Source: Candidatus Poseidoniaceae archaeon | Lineage (GTDB): Archaea; Thermoplasmatota; Poseidoniia; Poseidoniales; Poseidoniaceae | Reading direction: 5' to 3' | Assembly (NCBI GenBank): GCA_965659685.1 | Contig: CBFHXB010000011.1 | Span: forward strand, 8,595-72,594 | DNA: 64,000 nucleotides | Shown here: piece by piece, positions 49,734-59,177 of the stretch | Layout of the letters: each line of letters begins with the position of its first letter | Numbering within the stretch: the stretch's first letter is position 1 | Program-made: the position numbers and the translations under genes | Notes under the pieces: generated by a model | Told to the model about the DNA's origin: nothing | The model's input: the letters and a program-made list of their open reading frames with translations, nothing else | Database searches by the model: none

Positions 49734-50582
49734 ATGGAAGAAGGCACCATCGTCCACGTTGACTACGAACTCTACGACGGCGCAACAGGCGACCTGATCG
49801 AGACGACCCGAGAGTCCGTTGCTCAAGAGCACGAAACCCACCAAGAAGGCCGTGACTACACCCCTCTCGTGTGCGTCGTGGGTTCGGGCAACCTCATCCC
49901 CGGTTTCGAAGCCGCCCTCCTCGAAGCAGAAGCCGACGTGGAAGTCGACGTCACCATTCCCGCTGTGGACGCCTACGGTGAGAAGGACCCCACCTTGGTG
50001 GAGACCATCAGCATCGACAAGCTCCTGAGGTCGGTTCGCGACCGCAACCAACTCTACCTCGGTGCACCGGTGAACATCGGTGGTCGCCAAGGTTACCTCT
50101 CGTACCTCGCAGCAGGCCGTGCCCGCATCGACTACAACCCACCCATGGCAGGCAAGGACCTCCGCTACAGCTTCAAGGTCGTCAAGGTCGTTGAAGGCCG
50201 AGAAGCCACCGTCGAGGCCATCCTCCAATCCAACACGGGACAGAGCGACTTCGGCGTCACCTTCGACGGTGACGACGTGAACATCGTGTTGCCTCAGGCG
50301 ATGCTCTTCGACACCAACGCGGCGATGATGAAGTTCCGCTTGGTGACCGCGCTTCGCGACGCCATGAACGACCTTGCGAAGGTCACCTTCCTCGAAGTCC
50401 ACGAACCTCGTGGATTTGGCGCTCAAGACGACGCCGAAGACGACGTGGCCGAGGAAGAAGACCTCTCCACCCTCTCCGCTGCCGAACTCAAGGAACGCTG
50501 CAAGGCTGCTGGCCTCAAGGTCGGCGGCACCAAGGCGCAATTGATCGAGCGTCTGCAGGCGGCCTCTGGCGAAGAAGAGTGA
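49734..50582 (+). CDS. long-type FKBP peptidyl-prolyl isomerase (SlyD-like, with IF insert) fused to a C-terminal SAP/HeH-like motif
   Basis: The FKBP core is 'VHVDYELYD...GSGNLIPGFEAALLEAE...AYGEKDP'. After an acidic linker the C-terminus reads 'LSAAELKERCKAAGLKVGGTKAQLIERLQAA'. Confidence 0.8.
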   Translation: MEEGTIVHVDYELYDGATGDLIETTRESVAQEHETHQEGRDYTPLVCVVGSGNLIPGFEAALLEAEADVEVDVTIPAVDAYGEKDPTLVETISIDKLLRSVRDRNQLYLGAPVNIGGRQGYLSYLAAGRARIDYNPPMAGKDLRYSFKVVKVVEGREATVEAILQSNTGQSDFGVTFDGDDVNIVLPQAMLFDTNAAMMKFRLVTALRDAMNDLAKVTFLEVHEPRGFGAQDDAEDDVAEEEDLSTLSAAELKERCKAAGLKVGGTKAQLIERLQAASGEEE

Positions 50583-50634
50583 ATTCCTTGGGCCAAGCCT
50601 CTTGAGGCAGGTCCGTGAGAGGGCGTTGAGGCTC

Positions 50635-52020
50635 ATGGACGAGGTGGATGCACCCGACTCCCCCAATCACGATGCTGCCTTGCCCGACGAAGTGTATTCG
50701 TTGGTCGAATCCGTCGTGCTTTGGGCGCTCTTGGCCATCGGTTTTGGTGTGGTCGTCGGTCTTGTGGTGGCCCCTGAGGTCGTGTGGGACGACGGCCTTG
50801 CCCCAGTGGTCTGGGATCCGATCGTCGAAGACGCCAGCGACACCGGTGATGCTGGATACAATCCTTGGAACACGATGCTCTACACTGCAGGTCTGTTCGC
50901 CGCCGTGCTGGCTTTACAGGCCCTGTTCCGACGATGGCGGCTCCCAAGCGATGATCTGATGGTGCTCGCACTGACCTCTTGGGTGGTCCTCGCTCCCGTG
51001 CTCCGCGTGCTCGAGGACGCACACATGTTTCCCGAGGGACGCGACCTGCTCTACATCTCGCCCTTGATTCACCTTCACCTCGCGGCCTGGTTGGTCGGCG
51101 TTGGCTTTCTGGCCCATCGCCTGGACGTCATCGTGGCCCGTTCCGCACGTCCAACCTTCGCAGAACGCAGGGTTCACCATGCCTTGTTGGTCGGCCTTCC
51201 TCTTCTTCTGGCTGGATTTTGGGTCTGGGTGCTTCAGCCCATCCATCAGACCAACCCGGAATTGGCCCTTGCACCGTTGATCGGCAGTGCAGTCGCCGCC
51301 TTTCTCTGCATCGTCCTCCTTCTCATGCGCACGACGCATGCACCCGCGCTCACACGTGCTTTGTTGGCCTTCGGCTCTGGGGCGGTGTTGCTCTCCCTTG
51401 GGTACTACATCGCGCTCTCGCTCCACTTGTCGGACCTGTACGTCGGCGACCCGTACAACGCCATAGTTCTCTGGCCCTTGCTGGTGATCGTCGTAGTGCC
51501 ATGCCTGGTCGGGGTCGTGCTTCATCGGCTTGGAGCCTCGGACTTGCGTCACCTCCGGGCGAGCGGTCACGAGCCGGGGGTGCTCCCGGCAGGCATCAGC
51601 CTCAAGCAATGGGAAGCTGATCCTGAGGCCTTTGCCGACCATCCTGTGGAACGATTGTCCAACCGTGCAATGCTCGCTTCGCCGCTGGTGATCCTCATGG
51701 TCGTGGGTCAGCTTTCCGACGGCTTGGCCACCTTTCTCGGATTGGACGTCTTTGGATACGGAGAAAAGCACGTGGCCAGCCAAGGCGTCATTGACATTGG
51801 ATCGCGAATCAACGAACGTCTTGGCATCGACTTCGGCGTCGGCGCCTGGTTCTTTGCGGTCATCAAAATCACGTTGGTGAGCGCCATCGTGGTCCTCTTC
51901 AGTCGGATGCGGGTCGAACACCGTCAGCAACATCTCCGCGTCCTCGTGGTGCTGGCGGTGATGATCGTCGGCTTGGCGCCCGGGCTTCGCGACGTCGGGC
52001 GCCTCATTCTCGACGTCTGA
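50635..52020 (+). CDS. polytopic membrane protein (possibly DUF63-like)
   Basis: It has about 10 predicted TM helices. 'LGLDVFGYGEKHVASQGVIDIG' recalls the archaeal DUF63 family (from memory, weak). The start is trimmed to ATG 50635. Confidence 0.45.
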   Translation: MDEVDAPDSPNHDAALPDEVYSLVESVVLWALLAIGFGVVVGLVVAPEVVWDDGLAPVVWDPIVEDASDTGDAGYNPWNTMLYTAGLFAAVLALQALFRRWRLPSDDLMVLALTSWVVLAPVLRVLEDAHMFPEGRDLLYISPLIHLHLAAWLVGVGFLAHRLDVIVARSARPTFAERRVHHALLVGLPLLLAGFWVWVLQPIHQTNPELALAPLIGSAVAAFLCIVLLLMRTTHAPALTRALLAFGSGAVLLSLGYYIALSLHLSDLYVGDPYNAIVLWPLLVIVVVPCLVGVVLHRLGASDLRHLRASGHEPGVLPAGISLKQWEADPEAFADHPVERLSNRAMLASPLVILMVVGQLSDGLATFLGLDVFGYGEKHVASQGVIDIGSRINERLGIDFGVGAWFFAVIKITLVSAIVVLFSRMRVEHRQQHLRVLVVLAVMIVGLAPGLRDVGRLILDV

Positions 52021-52079
52021 GCGTATGGCGTCGGATGCTTGAAGCGCACTTCTGTGCTCCCCGTGGATGAGGCAGCGAC

Positions 52080-53690
52080 ATGGACCGTCTTCCGAGCCGT
52101 TTTTCGCCCAACTCCGAGGAGGCCACCGCACGTCGTGAAGCCAACCTCGCGTTGATCGAGGACCTTCGTGCTCGATTGGACCAGGTCAGGGCCGGTGGAA
52201 GTCCACGAGCCGTGGAGCGGCATCGTGCTCGGGACAAGATGCTCCCACGCGAACGCATTGAGGCCATCATCGACCCAGGCACGGCTTTCCTCGAGACCTC
52301 CCCGTTGGCGGCCGATGGGCTCTACAACGACGGTGCGCCGAGTGCTGGAATCGTGACCGGCATCGGTGTCGTTCACGGGCGTGAATGCCTCTTTGTAGCC
52401 AACGACGCCACCGTGAAAGGAGGTTCATACTTCCCAATGACCGTCAAGAAGCACATCCGTGCTCAGGTCATCGCCCATGAGAATCACCTGCCGTGCATTT
52501 ACCTGGTCGACTCAGGCGGGGCCTTCTTGCCCATGCAGGACGAGGTCTTCCCAGACATCGGCCATTTCGGACGGATTTTCCGAAACCAAGCGCGGATGTC
52601 GGCCGACGGCATCCCGCAGGTCGCCGCCGTGCTCGGTTCCTGCACCGCCGGTGGAGCCTACGTCCCGGCCATGTCCGACGAATCGATCATCGTCAAGGGC
52701 AACGGGACCATTTTCCTCGCCGGTCCTCCGCTGGTCAAAGCCGCGACGGGCGAAGAGGTGTCGGCCGAAGACCTCGGTGGGGCTGACGTGCACACCGCCA
52801 CCTCGGGCGTGGCCGATCATTTCGCAGAAAACGAGCAAGAAGCCCTTCGTAAAGTGCGGAACGTCATCGAGAACTTGGGGCCACGGACCTTGGCGCCGGC
52901 TGCCGGTGCGGCACCGGAAGACCCGCATTACGACCCAGAAGAACTGCTCTCCATTGTCCCCGAAGACAACCGGACGCCCATCGATGTGCGGGAACTGATC
53001 GCTCGCATGGTGGACGGTTCACGCTTCCACGAATTCAAGCCCCGCTACGGCACGACCTTGGTCTGTGGCTTTGCCCGTATTCACGGGCACCTTGTGGGCA
53101 TCGTCGCCAACAACGGAATCCTCTTTTCCGAATCAAGCCTGAAAGGCGCGCACTTCGTGCAATTGTGCGGTCAACGGCAGGTGCCCTTGGTGTTCCTCCA
53201 GAACATCACCGGCTTCATGGTCGGGCGGGAATACGAAGCAGGCGGCATCGCCAAGGACGGAGCCAAACTCGTGACGGCGGTCTCCTGCGTTGACGTTCCC
53301 AAGTTCACCGTCATCGTCGGCGGCAGCCACGGTGCAGGCAACTACGGCATGTGCGGAAGGGCCTACGACCCCCGCTTCCTCTTCATGTGGCCGAACGCTC
53401 GCATCTCGGTGATGGGCGGGCCGCAGGCGGCCGATGTGTTGACGACAATCAAGCAGGACCAGCGCGCACGCGAGGGCAGCGATCCGATGACCGAAGATGA
53501 AGTCGAAGCCTACCGTGCTCCCATTCTAGAAAAGTACGAGGAAGAGGGTTCGCCCTACTACTCCACCGCTCGGCTGTGGGACGATGGCGTCATCGATCCA
53601 CGCGATACCCGTGACGTGCTCGGCCTCTGCTTGGCCGCGGCACGAAACGCACCCGCGCCTCAGAAGGGGTATGGAATTTTCAGAATGTGA
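52080..53690 (+). CDS. acyl-CoA carboxylase carboxyltransferase (beta) subunit, methylcrotonyl-CoA carboxylase-like
   Basis: It has full-length carboxyltransferase architecture. The N-terminus '[40 protein letters not shown]' is typical of MccB. The enoyl-CoA hydratase next door supports a leucine-catabolic role. Confidence 0.85.
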   Translation: MDRLPSRFSPNSEEATARREANLALIEDLRARLDQVRAGGSPRAVERHRARDKMLPRERIEAIIDPGTAFLETSPLAADGLYNDGAPSAGIVTGIGVVHGRECLFVANDATVKGGSYFPMTVKKHIRAQVIAHENHLPCIYLVDSGGAFLPMQDEVFPDIGHFGRIFRNQARMSADGIPQVAAVLGSCTAGGAYVPAMSDESIIVKGNGTIFLAGPPLVKAATGEEVSAEDLGGADVHTATSGVADHFAENEQEALRKVRNVIENLGPRTLAPAAGAAPEDPHYDPEELLSIVPEDNRTPIDVRELIARMVDGSRFHEFKPRYGTTLVCGFARIHGHLVGIVANNGILFSESSLKGAHFVQLCGQRQVPLVFLQNITGFMVGREYEAGGIAKDGAKLVTAVSCVDVPKFTVIVGGSHGAGNYGMCGRAYDPRFLFMWPNARISVMGGPQAADVLTTIKQDQRAREGSDPMTEDEVEAYRAPILEKYEEEGSPYYSTARLWDDGVIDPRDTRDVLGLCLAAARNAPAPQKGYGIFRM

Positions 53691-53722
53691 ATTCCAATTA
53701 AAAATTCAAAAATCCAATTGAG
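53691..53722 (-). repeat. dual-core element variant in the promoter gap before the hydratase gene
   Basis: The sequence is ATTCCAATTAAAAATTCAAAAATCCAATTGAG. Cores CAATTA 53695 and CAATTG 53715 are 20 bp apart. The minus strand reads CAATTGGAT...TAATTGGAAT. Confidence 0.6.
53698..53705 (+). promoter_or_regulatory. TATA-like box TTAAAAAT for the hydratase / biotin carboxylase genes
   Basis: It sits 26-33 nt upstream of ATG 53731 inside a 40-bp AT-rich gap. This geometry fits a leaderless or near-leaderless archaeal transcript. Confidence 0.45.
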
Positions 53723-53730
53723 GTTTTCCC

Positions 53731-54588
53731 ATGAACGTCCCGGCTTGTGAACATCTTCATCTCGAGGTTGAAGGTGCCGTTCTGACCATTGGGTTGAACC
53801 GAGAATCGGTGTACAACGCCCTCAACACCGCGATGATCACCGAACTGTGCGAGGTCTTCGATTGGAGCGCTTCTCGAAGCGCAGGACCTGCAGGTGCGCT
53901 CGAGGATGAGGACGGCCCACTGTTCCGACTGGTCGTGCTTCACGGCTTGGGCAAGCACTTCTGCGCTGGCGCAGACATCAACATGATGCGAGACGCGGGG
54001 GCGAAAACCCCCGAGGAGAACCGCGAGGACAGCGCTCGGTTGGACCGCTTGTTCAACGGACTCTGGTCCCATCCCTGCTACACGATTGCCGTGCTTCACG
54101 GCGTGGCCCTCGGCGGCGGAGCCGGGCTCATTTCTGCCTGCGATCACGTGGTGGCGGTCGAAGGTGCACGCATCGCCCTCTCCGAAGGAAAGCTCGGCAT
54201 CCTCCCCGCCGTCATTGGCCCGTACGTCTACCGGCGTGTCGGCAGTGCAGCCTTCCGAAGGCTGGCCATGAACGCGGGGCGCGTCGGCACCGACGAAGCA
54301 CAGCGCATCGGCCTCATCGAAGACGTGGTCCAGGATCACGACGCAGCGTGGGCCACCGTCGCCGGTGTGGTGGCCGAAGTCATGACCACCGGACCTTCCG
54401 CCGTGACCGCGGCGAAGGAACTCACCCTCGGCTTTGACCGATGGACCGGTGACGACCAAGCCTTGCGCACCTGGACCCTTGATTTCACCAGCCGCATGCG
54501 TGGCTCCGACGAAGGCCAAGAGGGCTTGTCGGCCTTCTTGGAAAAGCGCCCACAAGCCTGGCGACCAAGCGATGGAGGCCCCGAGTGA
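53731..54588 (+). CDS. enoyl-CoA hydratase/isomerase family (methylglutaconyl-CoA hydratase-like)
   Basis: The crotonase signatures 'GKHFCAGADINMM' and 'LHGVALGGGAGLISACD' are present. Confidence 0.85.
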   Translation: MNVPACEHLHLEVEGAVLTIGLNRESVYNALNTAMITELCEVFDWSASRSAGPAGALEDEDGPLFRLVVLHGLGKHFCAGADINMMRDAGAKTPEENREDSARLDRLFNGLWSHPCYTIAVLHGVALGGGAGLISACDHVVAVEGARIALSEGKLGILPAVIGPYVYRRVGSAAFRRLAMNAGRVGTDEAQRIGLIEDVVQDHDAAWATVAGVVAEVMTTGPSAVTAAKELTLGFDRWTGDDQALRTWTLDFTSRMRGSDEGQEGLSAFLEKRPQAWRPSDGGPE

Positions 54589-56096
54589 TGCGCTCCGTGC
54601 TCGTCGCCAACCGAGGCGAGATCGCCTGCAGGGTGTTGCGTGCTTGCCGTGAGGCGGGCCTGCGTGCTGTCGCGGTGCATGCCGAAGATGAATCAGGCGC
54701 CTTGCACACCGAGATGGCCGACCTTTGCGTGCCCCTTTCTGGCGCAGGTGCATCGGCCTACCTTGACGGCGGGGCCATCATTGCAGCGGCTTTGGCCAAC
54801 GATGTGGACGCGATTCATCCGGGCTTTGGCTTCCTTTCCGAGCGGGCAGGATTCGCGCGAGCGGTCCTCGACGCGGGACTGATTTGGATCGGCCCCTCTC
54901 CCACCGCCATCGAACAGATGGGCGACAAGATGACCGCACGCATCACGATGCGTGAAGCGGGCGTTCCCGTGATCCCCGGAGAAGAGATCGAAATCGAATC
55001 CACCGGCGACGAGGCCGCCGATCTCAACGCCACGCTTGAGGCCGTCCGTGCGGCTTCGGAACGTGTGGGATTCCCGTTGTTGCTGAAGGCCAGTGCAGGC
55101 GGCGGCGGCAAAGGAATGCGGGCCGTTGAATCTGCAGAAGGATTGGACGAAGCCGTGCGAGGTGCTCGTCGTGAAGCCATTGCTGCCTTTGGTGACGGTC
55201 GTGTCTACCTCGAACGTCTGCTTCGCGGTGCGCGGCACGTGGAAGTTCAGGTTCTGGCGGACGCGCACGGTCGGACCGTCCACCTTGGCGAACGTGAGTG
55301 CAGCGTTCAACGCCGTCACCAGAAGGTGTTCGAAGAAGCACCCTGCGCCGTGGTGGACGAGCAACAGCGTCAGCGCATGGGTGAGGCCGCCATCGCGGCC
55401 GCAGAAGCCGTGGATTACGTCGGCGCCGGAACGGTTGAATTCCTGATGGAAGACGACGGGACCTTCCATTTCCTTGAGATGAACACCCGCATTCAGGTCG
55501 AACATCCCATCACGGAACTCGTCACCGGCGTAGATCTGGTGCGTGAGCAACTGCGCATCGCCGCAGGTGAGCCCATGAAGGTCCCAGATCTTGCGATGCG
55601 AGGGCATGCCATCGAAGTCCGCATTTACGCAGAAGATCCGGCCAACGGCTTCCTTCCAAGCATCGGTCCCCTGGCGGTGTTCCGTCCACCCACCGGCCCC
55701 GGGCTTCGCCTGGACACAGGTGTGCGCGAAGGCGACGACGTTTCCCCGTCCTACGACCCGATGCTCGCGAAACTCATCGTTCACGCACCAAACCGGTCCG
55801 AAGCCCTCCAACGCATGCGCCGAGCCCTGGACGAATTTGTGATCCTTGGAACGACCACGAACGTGGCCTTCCTCCGCGATTTGTGCGACCTTGAGGCCGT
55901 GGTGTCCGCCACCACGTCCACGACAACCCTGGACGAGGCCTATCCCGACGGCTGGCAGCCTGAACCGGCTTCCGAAGCCGTGCTTGCCCTCGGTTCGGTC
56001 TTGGCCACGGCTCGTCGCTCAACGCCAACCACGGCCGGTGACGGTGCCTCAGGCCCCAGCAGCCCCTTCCTTTCCTTGTCCCGGAGGTACCCCTGA
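54588..56096 (+). CDS. biotin carboxylase subunit (alpha, BC domain only)
   Basis: 'VLVANRGEIACRVLRA', 'KASAGGGGKGMR' and 'EMNTRIQVEHPITE' are present. It ends before any biotinyl domain. Confidence 0.92.
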   Translation: MRSVLVANRGEIACRVLRACREAGLRAVAVHAEDESGALHTEMADLCVPLSGAGASAYLDGGAIIAAALANDVDAIHPGFGFLSERAGFARAVLDAGLIWIGPSPTAIEQMGDKMTARITMREAGVPVIPGEEIEIESTGDEAADLNATLEAVRAASERVGFPLLLKASAGGGGKGMRAVESAEGLDEAVRGARREAIAAFGDGRVYLERLLRGARHVEVQVLADAHGRTVHLGERECSVQRRHQKVFEEAPCAVVDEQQRQRMGEAAIAAAEAVDYVGAGTVEFLMEDDGTFHFLEMNTRIQVEHPITELVTGVDLVREQLRIAAGEPMKVPDLAMRGHAIEVRIYAEDPANGFLPSIGPLAVFRPPTGPGLRLDTGVREGDDVSPSYDPMLAKLIVHAPNRSEALQRMRRALDEFVILGTTTNVAFLRDLCDLEAVVSATTSTTTLDEAYPDGWQPEPASEAVLALGSVLATARRSTPTTAGDGASGPSSPFLSLSRRYP

Positions 56097-56560
56097 TGGT
56101 CGACGTCCGTGCCGGTGATGAGGTGCACGAACTGCATCCTCTCCCCCGTGGAGAAGGGTGGTCGGTCGGGGACATCGACATCGTGCGCTTGCCCGACGGA
56201 CGATGGCACGTCAAGCAAGGCGAAGCCACCTTCCTCGCCCACGGGACACGCATCGGTGACGTGCTTTGGATGCACATCGACGGTCGCGTTCATCGTCTCG
56301 AGGTCATCGAAGCCGGTGCACAATCAGCCGAGGAAGAGGGAAGTTTCTCCGCTCCGATGCCAGGCGGCGTGCTCGAAGTCCTCGTAGCGCCCGGTGACAC
56401 GGTCACCGCAGGACAAGCTCTGCTCGTCCTTGAGGCCATGAAAATGGAACACCGCGTGACCGCCCCGTACGACGGCAAGGTCGTCGCGGTGCACGTCGGA
56501 CAAGGCGATCGGGTGCAGCAAGGGGAATCCCTCCTCGAGGTCGAAGCCAACGAGGCTTGA
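56096..56560 (+). CDS. biotin carboxyl carrier protein (biotinyl/lipoyl domain)
   Basis: The biotinylation motif is 'LVLEAMKMEHRVTAP'. The ATG overlaps the upstream stop (TGATG). Confidence 0.85.
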   Translation: MVDVRAGDEVHELHPLPRGEGWSVGDIDIVRLPDGRWHVKQGEATFLAHGTRIGDVLWMHIDGRVHRLEVIEAGAQSAEEEGSFSAPMPGGVLEVLVAPGDTVTAGQALLVLEAMKMEHRVTAPYDGKVVAVHVGQGDRVQQGESLLEVEANEA

Positions 56561-56621
56561 CCGGGCCCTTCTCAACGCTGCACGGCGATGGGGCTATGTG
56601 GTTGAGGTCATGGCCTAGACC

Positions 56622-59177
56622 ATGGATGCCCCGCACATCGTCTTCGGCTTCAGGCCGACGGTGTTGGTGGGTTTGCTGTCGGCGGTCGCCCTGGCTTGGC
56701 TCTTCTGGCAAGTCATCGTGCCACGCCAGTTGCAAGGACTCAGGGTGGCCTTTCCGACCGCAGAAAAGCGGTATGAGGTTCACCGCGTGACCGGCTCGGC
56801 ACGTGAAGCGCGCCGTTTGCTTCGCACCTCTGGCATGCGTTTTGGAGTCACAGCGTACCTGATGGCTTTCATTGGCGCCATCCTGTTGCTGGTTGAAATC
56901 GGACTGATCGAGTTTGGCTTCCAAGACGGCTTCTCGGCCATCAACTTGGGTCTGGCCTTGGTGCTCATCTCGATCACCGGCGTGACCTCCATTGGCGTCG
57001 CCCTTGCCGCGCAATTGCTCCCTTCACAAGGCATGCAGCGCGCGATCATGCAGCACCGCGACCCTGCTCGCATTCGTGCCAGCCTGATGCTCCTCGTCGC
57101 ATGGGCGTGCATCGTGGTGCTGGTTTGGGCGTTGTTGAGTTCTGTGGAGCCGGAATGGCGATTGAGCGTGACCCTTCTTGTGGCCTTCTTTCCGCCTGTG
57201 ATGGCCTACGGACGCGTGCTTGGCTCGTCATGGCACGCCATGCGGTACGCAAACCGCAACGTGGCAGCAGGCCGTCCTTCTCCGTTCCAGGGGCATACTC
57301 CAACACCTCGGCAACAGGCGGTGGGTTTGATCGTCAACGTCAACCTCATGGCGATGCCGATCGTCGCACTCAACACGCTCGCAAGCCTCGTGCTGATGCT
57401 TGTTGCTCCGGGCGTGTTTGTCCATTCTGACCGGGTGGCGGCCCTTCCTGAATACCGCGAACAAGCCACCGTGATGGAAGAAGGCGGCGCGTTGGGCTTC
57501 TACGCCATCGAGGCCCTGTCCTACATCGAGGAACCTGCCCTCCGTGCTCCACTTGTGGCCATGGTGCTTCTTTTCCTGCTGCTGAACGTCGCGGTCGTAG
57601 GCGTGCTCTTCGTGTACGAAGTCGCACGCATCATGTTCCTTGACGTGGCGGAGGTTTCAGGGCGCGGAGGCATCCACATCACCGACAGCCGCCTGCTTCG
57701 GGCCGAACGGAGTCAGCAGGCGAGGGTGCTCAACTTCTGTTTCACGGGCTTTGCAGGCCAATCCATGCTGCTGGTTGCCTTGGCCATCTTGACCTTCTGG
57801 GACTCCATCAACCTCCCCGGAGGAGCAGGATGCGGACGGTGGGAGGACACCGTGTGCATGATCGTGGAGAAAGACGCGCTTGAGGCGCTGACGTGGATGT
57901 TGGCTTCGGGAGGACAAGTCGCTTTCTTCGTCATTTGGCTTCGTTCGCTGAGCATCGGCCATCGCATCAATGAGGTCAGTTTTGACGCGGGTGCAGGCGA
58001 AAACCGTCGCCGTTTGGAATCCATGGAGGACGTCATTTACCTCCGAAAGGGCAGTTGGCTGCCCTTGCTGGCCGACGACGCTTGGGCCACCGCCTTGAAC
58101 CGGTTTGAGGAATCGGGTTCAACGGTGGTGGAACCATCCCTGCAAGGGATTGAATTAAGCCGACGCACGATGGCTCGGATGGAACTCTATGCGGCCTTGG
58201 GTCGCTGGTCGGAAGCCGAGCAACAGGCCGTGTCCTTGCTCGCGTTGTCCGCTCAATCCGGAGGAGGACATGCGCGGTCTTTGCTGGTCGCGGCCTCGAT
58301 CGCGCAACGTGACGTGTCGGAAGCGAAGACCCGCTTGGGGATGATGTCCGATGACGACTTGGAGACCAACCGCTTCAGGTGGTTGCTTTCCCTGTTGCAA
58401 CCCAAATCAAGGATCCTGTCAGAACGGGTGATTGGGAGCCTTCTGGTCGATCCCGTCACCCGATGGAACATCGAGTTGATCGAACGGACACAAACCGGCC
58501 AAGCCGTGGGCTTCACGGCCACGAGGGACGGCCCGATGACCCGCCGTGGACTCCTCGGAGACCTCGCACGGCTGCGGCTGCAGAACGACCCAGAACGCGC
58601 CCTCACCTTACTCGATCGGCACGTCAGCGCCCACGGTATCGCGCCAGAAGACTGGTTGCACGGTGAAGCAGTTCGAATCCTGCTGCATTTGGACGCTGGC
58701 CGCGTGGCCACGGCGGGAGCACTCGCGTTGGCCCTACCTTCCTCGGCTCAGCGTCATCCTCACATGCGTGCGGTTCTGACTCACCTTGGCTCGCTTGGTC
58801 AGGCGGTGGCTCCTTCCAGCGAGCCGACGGGCATGACCTGGCTTGACGAGGGGCTTGGAGACTGGGTGAGCAGGTGGCCTTCGATGCACGAAGCGACCTC
58901 GCCTCCATTGTGGTCGAACCGAACCCTCCGAATGCACGCTTGGACCGCCAATGCCTGGTCCCTTCACGACGCGGACGGCGATGGCTCGACGATGGTGCGC
59001 ACCCTTGGACAAAGTTCGAAGAAGGCAGAGCCTCGTTTGGTGGGGAAATCTCCCCCCAAAGGCCTCCACCTGCATTTGTGTGGGCTTTTGGTCGACGTTG
59101 GCGGTTATCCGGTCGACGTTGGCCTCCCCGGTACGTTGGACGTTGATGCAGCACGGGATGCTGGCCTGTTGGGCTGA
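56622..59177 (+). CDS. hypothetical polytopic membrane protein with a C-terminal helical-repeat (TPR-like) domain
   Basis: About 9-10 TM helices occupy the first ~470 aa, followed by ~380 aa of soluble alpha-helical repeats. I recognise no catalytic motif. Confidence 0.5.
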   Translation: MDAPHIVFGFRPTVLVGLLSAVALAWLFWQVIVPRQLQGLRVAFPTAEKRYEVHRVTGSAREARRLLRTSGMRFGVTAYLMAFIGAILLLVEIGLIEFGFQDGFSAINLGLALVLISITGVTSIGVALAAQLLPSQGMQRAIMQHRDPARIRASLMLLVAWACIVVLVWALLSSVEPEWRLSVTLLVAFFPPVMAYGRVLGSSWHAMRYANRNVAAGRPSPFQGHTPTPRQQAVGLIVNVNLMAMPIVALNTLASLVLMLVAPGVFVHSDRVAALPEYREQATVMEEGGALGFYAIEALSYIEEPALRAPLVAMVLLFLLLNVAVVGVLFVYEVARIMFLDVAEVSGRGGIHITDSRLLRAERSQQARVLNFCFTGFAGQSMLLVALAILTFWDSINLPGGAGCGRWEDTVCMIVEKDALEALTWMLASGGQVAFFVIWLRSLSIGHRINEVSFDAGAGENRRRLESMEDVIYLRKGSWLPLLADDAWATALNRFEESGSTVVEPSLQGIELSRRTMARMELYAALGRWSEAEQQAVSLLALSAQSGGGHARSLLVAASIAQRDVSEAKTRLGMMSDDDLETNRFRWLLSLLQPKSRILSERVIGSLLVDPVTRWNIELIERTQTGQAVGFTATRDGPMTRRGLLGDLARLRLQNDPERALTLLDRHVSAHGIAPEDWLHGEAVRILLHLDAGRVATAGALALALPSSAQRHPHMRAVLTHLGSLGQAVAPSSEPTGMTWLDEGLGDWVSRWPSMHEATSPPLWSNRTLRMHAWTANAWSLHDADGDGSTMVRTLGQSSKKAEPRLVGKSPPKGLHLHLCGLLVDVGGYPVDVGLPGTLDVDAARDAGLLG

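Noticed and set aside
54693-55811. A 372-aa minus-strand ORF.
   Set aside because: It is antisense to the biotin carboxylase gene. The same reasoning applies to 17648..18859 and 17110..17901 (opposite the giant surface gene), 28054..29223 (opposite the TSP3-repeat gene), 32211..33416 (opposite aIF5B) and 7919..9013 (opposite polB).
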